Assembly: GCA_045612715.1 (NCBI GenBank)
Contig: JAZKZP010000011.1
Span: forward strand, 2,745-66,744
Direction: 5' to 3'
From: Eubacteriales bacterium
GTDB lineage: Bacteria > Bacillota > Clostridia > Oscillospirales > CAG-272
DNA length: 64,000 nucleotides
Below the pieces are notes generated by a model that was given only the letters and a program-made list of their open reading frames with translations, was not told the DNA's origin and searched no databases. Within the stretch, counting starts at the first letter, position 1. Each line of letters opens with the position of its first letter. This document shows positions 1 through 9,480 of this stretch, in pieces. The translations under genes and the position numbers were made by a program.

Positions 1-1
1 G

Positions 2-265
2 ATAAAAATAGTTGTTCCTCAAGCTATAAAAAACATTCTTCCTACTCTTGGAAACGAATTTATTAGTCTTATAAAAGAAACATCAGTACTTAGTTTTATT
101 GCTGTTTATGATCTATACAAAGCACTTTTAGATGTTGGTATGGTTAAGTATGACAGCATGATACCATACATTATGATGGGATTGATTTATATAGTTCTTG
201 TTCTTATTATCAGTTTGGGAATTAAACTTATTGAAAGGAGATTTGCAAAAAGTGATAGAAATTAA
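2..265 (+). CDS. Polar amino-acid ABC transporter permease, C-terminal part (5'-truncated by window)
   Basis: Manual translation of frame 2: [28 protein letters not shown]...[10 protein letters not shown]. This is a HisM/GlnP-type motif, and the ORF overlaps the ATPase start. Confidence 0.9.
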   Translation: MKIVVPQAIKNILPTLGNEFISLIKETSVLSFIAVYDLYKALLDVGMVKYDSMIPYIMMGLIYIVLVLIISLGIKLIERRFAKSDRN

Positions 266-1007
266 AAATTTGCGTAAAACTTTTGACGGTAAAAATGTTC
301 TCAATGGTATAACAACGACTATCAATGAAGGAGAACAGGTTGCTATTATTGGTCCTTCGGGATCCGGCAAATCAACATTTATTCGTTGTATTAACTGTCT
401 TGAAGACCCCGATGATGGAATCATTATGTTTGAAGGAGAAAACATTGCCGATTTTAAGGTGGATATAAATGTTCATCGTCAAAATATGGGAATGGTATTT
501 CAAAACTTCAATCTCTTTAATAACAAAACAGTTCTTGAAAATATCACACTTGCTCCGATACACATTCACGGTAAGAGGATGAAAAAGGAAGGAATGAGCA
601 AAAAGGAAATAGTTGATCACTTTAATGCAAAGGCAATGAAACTTTTGAAGAGAATTGGTCTTGAAGATAAGGCAAATTCATATCCTTTAACTCTTTCCGG
701 TGGACAAAAGCAGAGAATAGCAATTGTTCGAGCCCTTGCTATGGAGCCAAAGATAATTCTTTTTGATGAGCCAACATCGGCTCTTGACCCGGAGATGGTA
801 GGAGAGGTTCTTGGGCTTATGCGTGATCTTGCAAATGAAAAGATGACAATGGTAATTGTTACTCACGAAATGGGATTCGCTCGTGAAGTTGCAAGTAGAG
901 TTATATTTATGAATGATGGTAATATCGCCGCGGACGGCACACCCGACGAAATTTTTGATAACCCAACCCATCCAAGACTTAAAGAATTTTTAAGCAAAAT
1001 CCTTTAA
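252..1007 (+). CDS. Polar amino-acid ABC transporter ATP-binding protein (GlnQ-like)
   Basis: Walker [17 protein letters not shown] signature, [11 protein letters not shown]. Likely GTG start at 252 after AAGGAG. Confidence 0.93.
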   Translation: MIEIKNLRKTFDGKNVLNGITTTINEGEQVAIIGPSGSGKSTFIRCINCLEDPDDGIIMFEGENIADFKVDINVHRQNMGMVFQNFNLFNNKTVLENITLAPIHIHGKRMKKEGMSKKEIVDHFNAKAMKLLKRIGLEDKANSYPLTLSGGQKQRIAIVRALAMEPKIILFDEPTSALDPEMVGEVLGLMRDLANEKMTMVIVTHEMGFAREVASRVIFMNDGNIAADGTPDEIFDNPTHPRLKEFLSKIL

Positions 1008-1034
1008 AATATTTTATAAATTGAATTAATGTTT

Positions 1035-1070
1035 AACAAAAAAGAGAGATTTTTCTCTCTTTTTGTTTTT
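1035..1070 (+). terminator. Intrinsic terminator
   Basis: AAAAAGAGAGA-tttt-TCTCTCTTTTT hairpin followed by a T tract. Confidence 0.75.
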
Positions 1071-1166
1071 TACATTCGAAAATTGCAAAAACCCCTTGAT
1101 TTTATTTGATTTTTATTTTATAATATACTATGTATAGATGTGTATATTTGAAATTGAGGTAAAATT

Positions 1167-1655
1167 ATGGATAGAATTTCAAAAGAGAATTATTATCTCG
1201 ATATAGCGCAAACAGTTGCTGAAAGAAGCACTTGTATGCGCAAAAAATATGGAGCGATTATTGTTAAAAACGATGTTATAATTTCTACTGGATACAACGG
1301 TTCTCCCCGTGGAAGAAAAAATTGCAATGAGCTTCAGTTCTGTATGAGAGAGAAGCTTCAAATTCCTCGTGGTGAAAGATATGAGCTTTGCCGTTCAGTT
1401 CATGCAGAAGCAAATGCTATAATTGCTGCGCCTCGTGACCAAATGCTGGGTGCGACATTGTATATGGCTTGTGTTGACCCTGAAAATGAGGATATTATTG
1501 CTCATACTACGTCTTGTATGATGTGCAAGAAACAGGTTATCAATGCAGGTATTGCTTATGTAGTTGTTCGTGATGATAAAGAAAATTTTCGCGTTATTGA
1601 TGTAAATGAATGGATTGAAAATGATGACTCTTTGTCTGGGGAGTTTGGTTATTAA
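1167..1655 (+). CDS. dCMP deaminase family (ComEB-like) zinc deaminase
   Basis: RSTC, TGYNG, HAEANA and CxxC motifs. Confidence 0.9.
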   Translation: MDRISKENYYLDIAQTVAERSTCMRKKYGAIIVKNDVIISTGYNGSPRGRKNCNELQFCMREKLQIPRGERYELCRSVHAEANAIIAAPRDQMLGATLYMACVDPENEDIIAHTTSCMMCKKQVINAGIAYVVVRDDKENFRVIDVNEWIENDDSLSGEFGY

Positions 1656-1657
1656 TA

Positions 1658-2095
1658 ATGAGAAAAATTATTCTTGCAAAAAAAGAGCATTTACCACTTA
1701 TAGCTGATATAGAACTAAAAGTTTTCGCAGAGCCTTGGAGCGAAAAATCTCTTGAGCTTTGCTTAACAGAAAACGCATTTTGCATTTGTTGTTTTGAAGA
1801 TAATGTACTTGTTTCATATTGTACAGTTATTACGGTGCTTAATGAAGCGCAGATAATAAACGTTGCAACTTCCCCCGAGTATAGAGGCAGGGGTTATGCA
1901 AAAGAGGTGCTCAAAACCCTTGTTTTGGAATGTCAAAATAGAAATATAAACATTATCTCTCTTGAAGTGAGGGAAAGTAATATAGCTGCTATATCACTTT
2001 ATAGTACACTTGATTTTAAAATTGAAGGTAAGCGCAAGGATTTTTACAAAAATCCAAGAGAAAATGCGCTGATTATGATTAAAAATTTAGATTAG
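1658..2095 (+). CDS. rimI: Ribosomal-protein-alanine N-acetyltransferase (GNAT)
   Basis: EPWS, YRGRGYA, LEVRESN, KRKDFY..PRENA motifs; adjacent to tsaD. Confidence 0.88.
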   Translation: MRKIILAKKEHLPLIADIELKVFAEPWSEKSLELCLTENAFCICCFEDNVLVSYCTVITVLNEAQIINVATSPEYRGRGYAKEVLKTLVLECQNRNINIISLEVRESNIAAISLYSTLDFKIEGKRKDFYKNPRENALIMIKNLD

Positions 2096-2105
2096 GAAGT
2101 TATTT

Positions 2106-3119
2106 ATGTACATTTTAGGAATGGAAAGCTCATGTGATGAAACATCGGCTTCCGTAGTTGAAATAATAGATGAAAAGCCATATATTCGTTCAAATATTGT
2201 GGCATCTCAAATAGATATTCACCGCCTTTATGGTGGTGTTGTACCCGAAATAGCGAGTAGAGCACACATTGAAGCTGTTTCGCGTATTACTCATGAAGCG
2301 CTTGACGAAGCGGGAATAACGCTTTCAGACCTCGGTGCTATTGCGGTAACGTCATCACCAGGACTTATAGGCGCACTTTTGGTAGGGGTTAATTTTGCTA
2401 AAAGCTTGGCTTTTGCTAATAATATTCCACTTGTTCCTGTTGACCATATTAAAGGTCACGTTGCGGCTGCATATTTTGCAGAACCCGATTTAAAGCCACC
2501 GTTTTTAGCTCTTGTTGTTTCAGGTGGACATACCTCTATTTATCACATTCGTGATTATGCTGATTTTGACGAGCTTGGCACAACGCGTGATGACGCGGCA
2601 GGTGAAGCCTTTGACAAAATTGCAAGAGTTATGGGAATGCCGTATCCGGGAGGAGCTGCTCTTGATAAGCTTGCTTACGAGGGTGATCCTAAGGCAATAA
2701 AATTTCCATCTCCCGCATTGCTTGGAGATAACCTTGATTTTTCTTTTAGCGGACTTAAAACCTCAGCCCTTAACTATATTAATAGTAACACGCAAAAAGG
2801 AATAGAAATAAGCTATGCCGATGTGGCAGCATCATATACCGATTGTGTTGTTAAGGGTATATGTTCTAAGGTTGAAAAAGCACTTGAAAAGAGTGGTGCA
2901 ACAACTTTTGCTATTTCAGGTGGAGTTGCAGCAAATTCACATCTTCGTTCAGCACTTGCTCGACTTTGTGAAAAGAAGGAAATTAAGTTTGCAATGCCCG
3001 ACCGTTCTCTTTGTGGAGATAACGGAGCTATGATAGCTTTGGCGGGATATTACGAATATAAAAAAGGCAATTTTGCAGATACTTATTTGAATGCAAGCGC
3101 CTATTCTCCCCTTGATTAA
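2106..3119 (+). CDS. tsaD: tRNA N6-adenosine threonylcarbamoyltransferase
   Basis: ESSCDET, GGVVPEIASRAH, HIKGH, SGGHT, DDAAGEAFDK, FSFSGLKT, DNGAMIA. Confidence 0.97.
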   Translation: MYILGMESSCDETSASVVEIIDEKPYIRSNIVASQIDIHRLYGGVVPEIASRAHIEAVSRITHEALDEAGITLSDLGAIAVTSSPGLIGALLVGVNFAKSLAFANNIPLVPVDHIKGHVAAAYFAEPDLKPPFLALVVSGGHTSIYHIRDYADFDELGTTRDDAAGEAFDKIARVMGMPYPGGAALDKLAYEGDPKAIKFPSPALLGDNLDFSFSGLKTSALNYINSNTQKGIEISYADVAASYTDCVVKGICSKVEKALEKSGATTFAISGGVAANSHLRSALARLCEKKEIKFAMPDRSLCGDNGAMIALAGYYEYKKGNFADTYLNASAYSPLD

Positions 3120-3141
3120 TTATTCGACATAATTAAACAAG

Positions 3142-3229
3142 TTTTCCACATTTGCCCTGTGGAAAACTCTGTGGAAACTGTGGAAAACTTGATTTATCAA
3201 GCTTTTATAAGGGGTGTGCCTGTGCAAAA
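3142..3229. promoter_or_regulatory. Cluster of DnaA-box-like 9-mers
   Basis: TTTTCCACA 3142-3150; TGTGGAAAA 3158-3166 and 3179-3187; TGTGGAAAC 3170-3178; TGTGCAAAA 3221-3229. The DnaA consensus is TTATCCACA. Confidence 0.65.
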
Positions 3230-3268
3230 CTCAGAAATTAATAATGATAATTGTTTAAAGGTGATTTT

Positions 3269-3946
3269 ATGAAAGAAAAAGAGATTTTGAATAATGAAGA
3301 ACATATAAACTTTTCTAAAGAAAATGTATCTGCTGCAGTAATCAAAAGACTTCCCAGATACTTTAGATATTTAAGAATTCTTATTAGAGAAGGGAAAACA
3401 AGAATTAGTTCAGCAGAACTTTCACGCAGAATGAATATAACTGCGTCACAAATAAGACAGGACCTTAACTGCTTTGGTGGATTTGGTCAACAGGGATATG
3501 GATATAACGTAAATTATCTCTATGCAAGAATTTGTGAGCTTTTAGGAGTTGGTGAAGGATTTCAGGCAGTTATCATTGGTGGTGGTAATATTGGTCGTGC
3601 GCTTGCAAACAATGATATGTTTGAAAAACGTGGTGTAGATATTGTTGCTATTTTCGATAACGATGAGAATCTTGTTGGAAAAAAGGTTAATGAAATACCG
3701 ATTCTTCATATTGATGAATTTGAAAGATATGCTGCTACACATACAGTTGATATAGCAGTTCTTACGCTCCCTAAAGAACATGCTTTGGCTATGGCTGAAA
3801 GAATAGCTGAAACTGATATTTCTGGTATTTGGAATTTCACCGGTCAAGAGCTTGATGCATTTGAGGATTCAATCGTCGTTGAGAACGTTCACCTCGGTGA
3901 TTCATTAATGACTCTCAACTATCGAATAGCAAATAAAGATAACTAA
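3269..3946 (+). CDS. rex: Redox-sensing transcriptional repressor Rex
   Basis: RLPRYFRYL, ISSAELS, SQIRQDL, GQQGYGY, GxGNIG Rossmann motif, GIWNF. ATG at 3269 after AAGGTG. Confidence 0.96.
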   Translation: MKEKEILNNEEHINFSKENVSAAVIKRLPRYFRYLRILIREGKTRISSAELSRRMNITASQIRQDLNCFGGFGQQGYGYNVNYLYARICELLGVGEGFQAVIIGGGNIGRALANNDMFEKRGVDIVAIFDNDENLVGKKVNEIPILHIDEFERYAATHTVDIAVLTLPKEHALAMAERIAETDISGIWNFTGQELDAFEDSIVVENVHLGDSLMTLNYRIANKDN

Positions 3947-3964
3947 AAAGAAATTAGGTTTATT

Positions 3965-4945
3965 ATGAAAAAGACCGATAAAGTATATATTAATTTAAAT
4001 TTTGAAAACGGTGTAACCGTTCTTCCCACAACCGTTATTGGATATGTGGATAAGGCAAAAAAATTCGATATTAAAGTATTAATGTTGATTGCTTCTTCAG
4101 ATAGATTCAGAATGGGTAAATATGATCAACTAATAGCAGAAGAGCTTAATTGTGAACCTTCTGATGTTCAAAATTCCATTGCATTTTGGAATGGAACAGG
4201 TGTAATTTCGCTTACTGAAGGAGTAGAAATAGTTAAAGTAGTTGATAAGAGCGAAAAGCAGGAAGCAAGCAATACTATCAAACGAGCCAAGGTAACTGAG
4301 CTTCCGCAGTATACAAGTGCAGAGCTCAACGCTCTTCTTAAAAAGCACAATAATATTGTTGGGCTTATTGATGAATGTCAAAATGTGCTTGGCAAAATCT
4401 TCACAGCTGCCGATATTAAGGTGCTTATGGGCTTTGTAGATTATCTGGGCTTGGATAACGATTACATTCTTGTTCTTATGCATTTTGCGGCAAGAAATGA
4501 TATGAAGTCGTTAAGATACATAGAAAAGATAGCTATTTCATGTATTGATGACGGTTTTACAGATGCCAAAGTATTGCAGGAAGCATTGTATGCAAGAGAA
4601 GAAAAGGCGCAAATCGAGACTAAAATCAAGAACATATTTGGACTTGGTTCTCGCAAGCTTACATCAAAAGAGCAAAAGCAGGTTAATGCTTGGGTTACAA
4701 CATACAATTACGATATTGCCGTTATTGAAAAGGCATATGAAATAACGGTTACAGCTACTAATAAGCCATCTATTCACTATGCTAATGCAATACTTGAAAA
4801 GTGGTTTGCAGAAGGAATTAAAAACATTGACGATGTAAATGCTTTGCTTGCCGCACGTGAACAAGAAAAAGCAACCGACGGCTCAAGCTTCGACGTTGAC
4901 GATTTCTTTGCCGCAGCACTTAAGCGTTCATATTCAGAGGAGTAA
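3965..4945 (+). CDS. DnaD/DnaB-like replication initiation protein (two DnaB_2-type domains)
   Basis: Two YIEKI / YANAILEKW-type motifs; immediately upstream of the helicase loader. Confidence 0.85.
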   Translation: MKKTDKVYINLNFENGVTVLPTTVIGYVDKAKKFDIKVLMLIASSDRFRMGKYDQLIAEELNCEPSDVQNSIAFWNGTGVISLTEGVEIVKVVDKSEKQEASNTIKRAKVTELPQYTSAELNALLKKHNNIVGLIDECQNVLGKIFTAADIKVLMGFVDYLGLDNDYILVLMHFAARNDMKSLRYIEKIAISCIDDGFTDAKVLQEALYAREEKAQIETKIKNIFGLGSRKLTSKEQKQVNAWVTTYNYDIAVIEKAYEITVTATNKPSIHYANAILEKWFAEGIKNIDDVNALLAAREQEKATDGSSFDVDDFFAAALKRSYSEE

Positions 4946-4947
4946 AT

Positions 4948-5922
4948 ATGGGATATAATACTTCAATTTACAAAAAAATATATGACGAATACTCGCAAAA
5001 ATATCTTATCGCCCGTGAGCGAGCAGATATTAAAGCGCAGGAAGTTCGTATAGTGATTCCCGAAATCGCATGGATTGATAGAGAATTATCTCTTACAGGA
5101 CTTGAGATTTTTTCAGCATCTTTATCAGGCGGTGATCATTCATCAAAAATTGCACAAATAAGAGCAAAAAATGAAGCCCTGCAGAAAAAACGTGCAGAGC
5201 TACTTATCGCAAATGGTTATCCTGCCGACTATTCCGATGTAAAGTATGATTGTGAAAAGTGCGGTGATACGGGATTTATTAATAATAAAATGTGCTCTTG
5301 TATGAAAGAGGCACTTATACTTGCAGGAATTGAAAGCAGTGGCTTTGCAAATCTTGTAAACGAGCAAGGGTTTGATAATTTTTCACTTGATTATTATAAG
5401 AAAAATATAACTCATTATGATTTGATGCGTAAAAACCTTGAATATCTTAAGGACTATGCAGAAAACTTTGATGTAAAATCATCTCAAAGTGTATTAATGA
5501 TGGGTGGTACAGGTCTTGGTAAAACTCATCTTTCAAGTGCAGTAGCTCGTGAGGTGATTGAAAAAGGGAATGATGTTTTCTATACAGGTGCTATTGACCT
5601 TTTCTCACAATTTGAAATTCAAAAATTCAAATCATATAATAACGAACCCAATGAGCTTATAGAGAGATATTTTGAATGTGATTTGCTTATTATTGATGAC
5701 CTTGGAACTGAAATGATAAATCAATTCTCGGTGTCAACACTTTATAATTTGCTTAACGACCGTTTGAGCAGAAAAAAGCCCACGATCGTTAGTACAAATC
5801 TCTCACAGGATGATATCAAGAAGAAATACACTGATAGAATAACAAGTAGATTGTTTGGTGAGTATAAGGTTCTTTTCTTTGCAGGAACTGATATCAGAGC
5901 GCAGAAGTTAATGAAAAGATAA
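4948..5922 (+). CDS. Helicase loader ATPase (DnaI/DnaC-like AAA+)
   Basis: CxxCxDTG..CxC Zn motif, Walker A GGTGLGKT, LLIIDDLG, STNL, DRITSRL. Confidence 0.9.
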   Translation: MGYNTSIYKKIYDEYSQKYLIARERADIKAQEVRIVIPEIAWIDRELSLTGLEIFSASLSGGDHSSKIAQIRAKNEALQKKRAELLIANGYPADYSDVKYDCEKCGDTGFINNKMCSCMKEALILAGIESSGFANLVNEQGFDNFSLDYYKKNITHYDLMRKNLEYLKDYAENFDVKSSQSVLMMGGTGLGKTHLSSAVAREVIEKGNDVFYTGAIDLFSQFEIQKFKSYNNEPNELIERYFECDLLIIDDLGTEMINQFSVSTLYNLLNDRLSRKKPTIVSTNLSQDDIKKKYTDRITSRLFGEYKVLFFAGTDIRAQKLMKR

Positions 5923-5932
5923 ATAAAAGAAA

Positions 5933-5959
5933 AAAGTGCCTTTTTTTAAAAGGCACTTT
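5933..5959. terminator. Bidirectional intrinsic terminator
   Basis: AAAGTGCCTTT...AAAGGCACTTT inverted repeat between convergent genes. Confidence 0.75.
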
Positions 5960-5972
5960 ATTTGGCGATTAA

Positions 5973-6188
5973 TTATTCAGCCTCTGTCAATGTATCGCAT
6001 TGAAGGCATTCGCATTCGCAAGAATCATCTTCTTCAAGGAAGAGATCATCACAATCATCTTCTGAATAGCATTTTTCAAGATTCTTTACAAACAATTTGT
6101 AAACAATGAAAGCAATTGCTGCAAAAGCGGCAATAACTGCAAGTGTGATAGCGATAATTTTACCATAGTTTGTTTTATTTTTTTCCAT
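5973..6188 (-). CDS. Small single-pass membrane protein with acidic, Cys-rich tail
   Basis: GGAGG RBS and own TTGCAT-16-TATAAT promoter (6250-6223). One TM helix, then a D/E/C-rich tail. Confidence 0.75.
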   Translation of the reverse strand: MEKNKTNYGKIIAITLAVIAAFAAIAFIVYKLFVKNLEKCYSEDDCDDLFLEEDDSCECECLQCDTLTEAE

Positions 6189-6297
6189 AGGATTGAACCT
6201 CCAATCAAATATTTCTATTTACATTATACCACAATTTTCGAAAAATGCAATAAAAATAAATAAAAAAATTAAAATTTTTATGTAGAAAAGGAATTTT

Positions 6298-7119
6298 ATG
6301 AAATATAGTGATATTATAAACCGATTAATGCTCATAACACCTGATGAATACGAAGTTGAAGCTAAAATTTTGATAGAGCATTTTACAAAAAAAAGAATAT
6401 CCTATTATCTCATTAATAAAGAAATAGAGATTGATTGTGAAGAAATAGAGCAAGCATTGCAAAAAAGAGAAAAGCATATTCCGTTGCAGTATATAATTGG
6501 TAAATGGGACTTTTATAGGCAAACTTATATGGTTGATGAAAATTGTCTTATACCTCGCTCAGATACAGAGATATTGGTTGAAAAGGCAATAGAACTATTG
6601 CCCACCAATGCTCATTTTATTGACCTTTGCACGGGTAGTGGATGTATAGCTATTTCTACTTTGGCAGAAAGAAAAGACACATCTGCTATAATGGTTGATA
6701 AATTTCCAGGGACGCTTGAAATTGCCTCTAAAAATGCAATTTTTAATAAGGTGGATAACAGAGCCACCCCAATGCTTTTTGACGTCCTAAATGATGAAAA
6801 TAGGCTCTGTGGCAGAGAATTTGATGCCATACTGTCCAATCCGCCATATATTCGCCCTGAAGTTATAGAAGAACTTTCAGAAGAAGTAAAGCACGAGCCA
6901 TATGCAGCTCTTAACGGTGGAGATGACGGCCTTATATTCTATAACAAGATAGTTAAAGATTATTCAATTTTCTTAAAAAAAGATGGATTCATGCTTTTTG
7001 AAATTGGATATGACCAAGCAGAAGATTTAAAGCACATAGCAGATAAAAATAACTTTACTTGTGAGATATTTAAAGATTATGGCAGAAATGATCGTCTGGC
7101 GCTGCTAAAAAGAAAATAG
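6298..7119 (+). CDS. prmC: Release factor glutamine methyltransferase
   Basis: PLQYIIG, LIPRSDTE, DLCTGSGCIA, SNPPYI, FEIGYDQ. Confidence 0.96.
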   Translation: MKYSDIINRLMLITPDEYEVEAKILIEHFTKKRISYYLINKEIEIDCEEIEQALQKREKHIPLQYIIGKWDFYRQTYMVDENCLIPRSDTEILVEKAIELLPTNAHFIDLCTGSGCIAISTLAERKDTSAIMVDKFPGTLEIASKNAIFNKVDNRATPMLFDVLNDENRLCGREFDAILSNPPYIRPEVIEELSEEVKHEPYAALNGGDDGLIFYNKIVKDYSIFLKKDGFMLFEIGYDQAEDLKHIADKNNFTCEIFKDYGRNDRLALLKRK

Positions 7120-7154
7120 AAAATGGACGGTTTTGCCGTCCATTTTCTATTTTT
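7113..7154. terminator. Bidirectional terminator containing both stop codons
   Basis: AAAATAGAAAATGGACGG-ttttg-CCGTCCATTTTCTATTTT. Confidence 0.8.
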
Positions 7155-7860
7155 TTAGTGATTTTATTTCTTCTTCAGTGAGATATCTCCACTTACCGCT
7201 TTGAAGATTACCAAGTGTTATGTTTCCAATAGCAACTCTATTAAGTTTTGCTACTTTTAATCCTACCTGTTCGCACATTTTTCTAATCTGACGATTTCTT
7301 CCCTCAAAAAGAGTCATTCTAAGAGTAGTAAATTTATCATTTTTAGTTACAAATTCAGTTTTAACAGGCAGCAAAACATAGCCATCAACGGTCATTGAGC
7401 TATTCAAAATAGTAAGCTGTTCCGTTGTCACCTTGCCGACAACATCAACCTCATAAATTTTGGGTATCTCGTGTCTTGGATGAGTTAGTTTATTTGTGAG
7501 TTCGCCGTCATTCGTCATAAGTATAAGTCCCTGTGAATTCAAATCAAGACGACCAACGGGATAAACTCTTGTTCCACATTTAACAAGGTCGGTAACGCAG
7601 ATTCTGCCTTTTTCATCCTTTGCGCTTGTAACAATACCAGCAGGCTTATTTAAGAGAATATATACTAATTTATCTTCCTTGCGAGGAAGAATACGTTTTC
7701 CCTTATATTCAACAATATCATTTTCTGGGTCAATTTTATCACCAAGCTCGGCGCGTATTCCGTTGACCTTAACCTTGCCCAATTTTATTTCTTCTTCAGC
7801 TGCACGGCGCGAAAGCACTCCGCAATCTGTGAAATATTTTTGAAGTCTTATTTTTTCCAT
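7147..7860 (-). CDS. rluB: 23S rRNA pseudouridine synthase (RluB/RsuA family)
   Basis: S4 domain RLQKY..SRR, NKP, VGRLD, LTHP, EGRNRQIRKM; located near scpAB. Confidence 0.9.
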   Translation of the reverse strand: MEKIRLQKYFTDCGVLSRRAAEEEIKLGKVKVNGIRAELGDKIDPENDIVEYKGKRILPRKEDKLVYILLNKPAGIVTSAKDEKGRICVTDLVKCGTRVYPVGRLDLNSQGLILMTNDGELTNKLTHPRHEIPKIYEVDVVGKVTTEQLTILNSSMTVDGYVLLPVKTEFVTKNDKFTTLRMTLFEGRNRQIRKMCEQVGLKVAKLNRVAIGNITLGNLQSGKWRYLTEEEIKSLKK

Positions 7861-7861
7861 T

Positions 7862-8998
7862 TTAATTAAAAAATCCTTTTAATATATCTTTTAACCAATC
7901 TAAAAGATTGAATTTATATTTTATTTTTGCAACATTCTCACAGGCGAGTAGTGGAGAAGTGGCAATAACTTTTCCATTGCGTAAATAAATAATCTCTCCT
8001 ACTTTTTCGCCCTTTTTTACTTGAGCAAATAAAAATCTTGGAGCATGTATTTTTACACTTATTTCACCGGTTTCTTTTGGTAAAACAAGCGAGAAACTTT
8101 CATTTGATATTAAGATTTCACTCTTTATTCCCGCAATTATAGGCGTTTTTATACTTTGACTATTAAAATAAACGCGCTCATAACTTGCAAATCCAAAATC
8201 GTATAATTTAGCATGATCATTCCAATCATCAGGGGCACTCAAAGTGACTGCTATTAATTTTAGTCCATCGCGTTCGGCACAAGTAACAAGACAACGCCCG
8301 CTTTTCTTTGTAAATCCTGTTTTACCACCGATAACACCGTCATAGGTTTTTAGAAGTCTATTGTGATTGCTCAACAAAAATGACGTTCCATCATCTCGTG
8401 CAAATGCTTTTTTTTGACACGAGGTTATCATAGCAAAATTATCATTTTTCATTGCATATGCCATGATTTTAGCAAGCTCATCTGCGGTTGTATAATGATT
8501 TTCATCAAAAAGTCCGTGGGGATTGGTAAAATTAGTGTTTGCAAGTCCCAATTCCCGTGCCTTTTTGTTCATCAGTTCAACAAAAGCATCGACTCCGCCA
8601 CTTACCAGATACGCAATCGCCACCGCCGCATCATTGGCAGAAGATAGCATAAGGGCATAAAGCAAAAATTCAAAGGTAACTTTTTCATCACACCTTAAAT
8701 AAACCGACGAGCCCTCTATTCCAACTGCTTGAATAGGAATGTTTATTATTCTATCAAGTGGAATTCCACTTTCAATAGCAACTATGGCTGTCATTACTTT
8801 AGTGGTTGATGCCATTGGCATTGGGGTAGTCGAATTTTTAGAATAAAGCACCTTGCCACTTTCTGCTTCAATAAGACAAGCTGATTTTGCAGAAATTGAA
8901 CTTATAGTTGATTCATTAGCAAAAACAAAAAGGGAAGAAAAAGAAAGTAATAGTGAATATATCAGTATAAAAGATAGTAATTTAATATAAATATTCAT
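7862..8998 (-). CDS. dacB: D-alanyl-D-alanine carboxypeptidase (S11, sporulation DacB-like)
   Basis: SxxK (ASTTK), SAND, NPHGL, KTG; signal peptide and amphipathic C-tail; synteny with ytfJ/scpB. Confidence 0.8.
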   Translation of the reverse strand: MNIYIKLLSFILIYSLLLSFSSLFVFANESTISSISAKSACLIEAESGKVLYSKNSTTPMPMASTTKVMTAIVAIESGIPLDRIINIPIQAVGIEGSSVYLRCDEKVTFEFLLYALMLSSANDAAVAIAYLVSGGVDAFVELMNKKARELGLANTNFTNPHGLFDENHYTTADELAKIMAYAMKNDNFAMITSCQKKAFARDDGTSFLLSNHNRLLKTYDGVIGGKTGFTKKSGRCLVTCAERDGLKLIAVTLSAPDDWNDHAKLYDFGFASYERVYFNSQSIKTPIIAGIKSEILISNESFSLVLPKETGEISVKIHAPRFLFAQVKKGEKVGEIIYLRNGKVIATSPLLACENVAKIKYKFNLLDWLKDILKGFFN

Positions 8999-9041
8999 AA
9001 AAACCCACCTCGGCACATTATATTGCCCGAGGCGGTTTTTT
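8999..9041 (-). terminator. Terminator-like hairpin overlapping the dacB RBS
   Basis: Minus strand reads AAAAACCGCCTCGG-loop-CCGAGGTGGG-TTTTT-ATG. Confidence 0.65.
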
Positions 9042-9047
9042 ATTCTT

Positions 9048-9479
9048 TTATTTAACTATTTCTTCAACCACAACATCTTGTGGTTTTTCGTATTTATTAT
9101 CAAAGATGTTCTTTATTTTTTGAATAATTTCAGGAGAACGATCAAGAAGGTCGCTGAATTGTTCAATAGGATCGGGAGCAGTTTTTCCTTCAACGCTTAT
9201 AAACTCAGTTTTTCCAAATTTATCAATAGAAAGGAATCCAACGGGAGTAACACTCATACCGCTTCCGCCACCGCCACCAAATTTGTTAGATTTCTGCGCT
9301 GTAGCACCGCTATCAAGTCCACCGGTTGCGAATCCAACGCTGAGCTTTGAAATGGGGATGATGGTTGAGCCGTTAGAAAGTTCAATAGGACTTCCAACAA
9401 CAGTATTAGAATCAAGCATACCCTTGATATTTTCAAAAGAAGTTTTAAACATTGAATCAAATTTGTTTTCGTTAGCCAT
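9048..9479 (-). CDS. ytfJ: Sporulation protein YtfJ/GerW
   Basis: NTVVGSPI, IIPISK.SVGFATGG, FGGGGGSGMSVTPVGFL. Confidence 0.9.
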   Translation of the reverse strand: MANENKFDSMFKTSFENIKGMLDSNTVVGSPIELSNGSTIIPISKLSVGFATGGLDSGATAQKSNKFGGGGGSGMSVTPVGFLSIDKFGKTEFISVEGKTAPDPIEQFSDLLDRSPEIIQKIKNIFDNKYEKPQDVVVEEIVK

Positions 9480-9480
9480 T

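Noticed and set aside
560-640. Short basic insertion ([19 protein letters not shown]) in the amino-acid ABC ATPase
   Set aside because: Falls in the variable helical subdomain; no evidence of functional novelty.
3142-3190. CRISPR-like or tandem repeat
   Set aside because: Units are 9 bp with irregular 0-7 bp spacing; no spacers or cas genes.
3120-3268. Chromosomal origin oriC
   Set aside because: No dnaA/dnaN/rpmH nearby, short region and no perfect boxes; kept only as a DnaA-box cluster.
3965-5922. Prophage replication module or IS21 istB
   Set aside because: No phage genes or istA transposase; embedded among housekeeping genes, fitting the chromosomal DnaD/DnaI pair.
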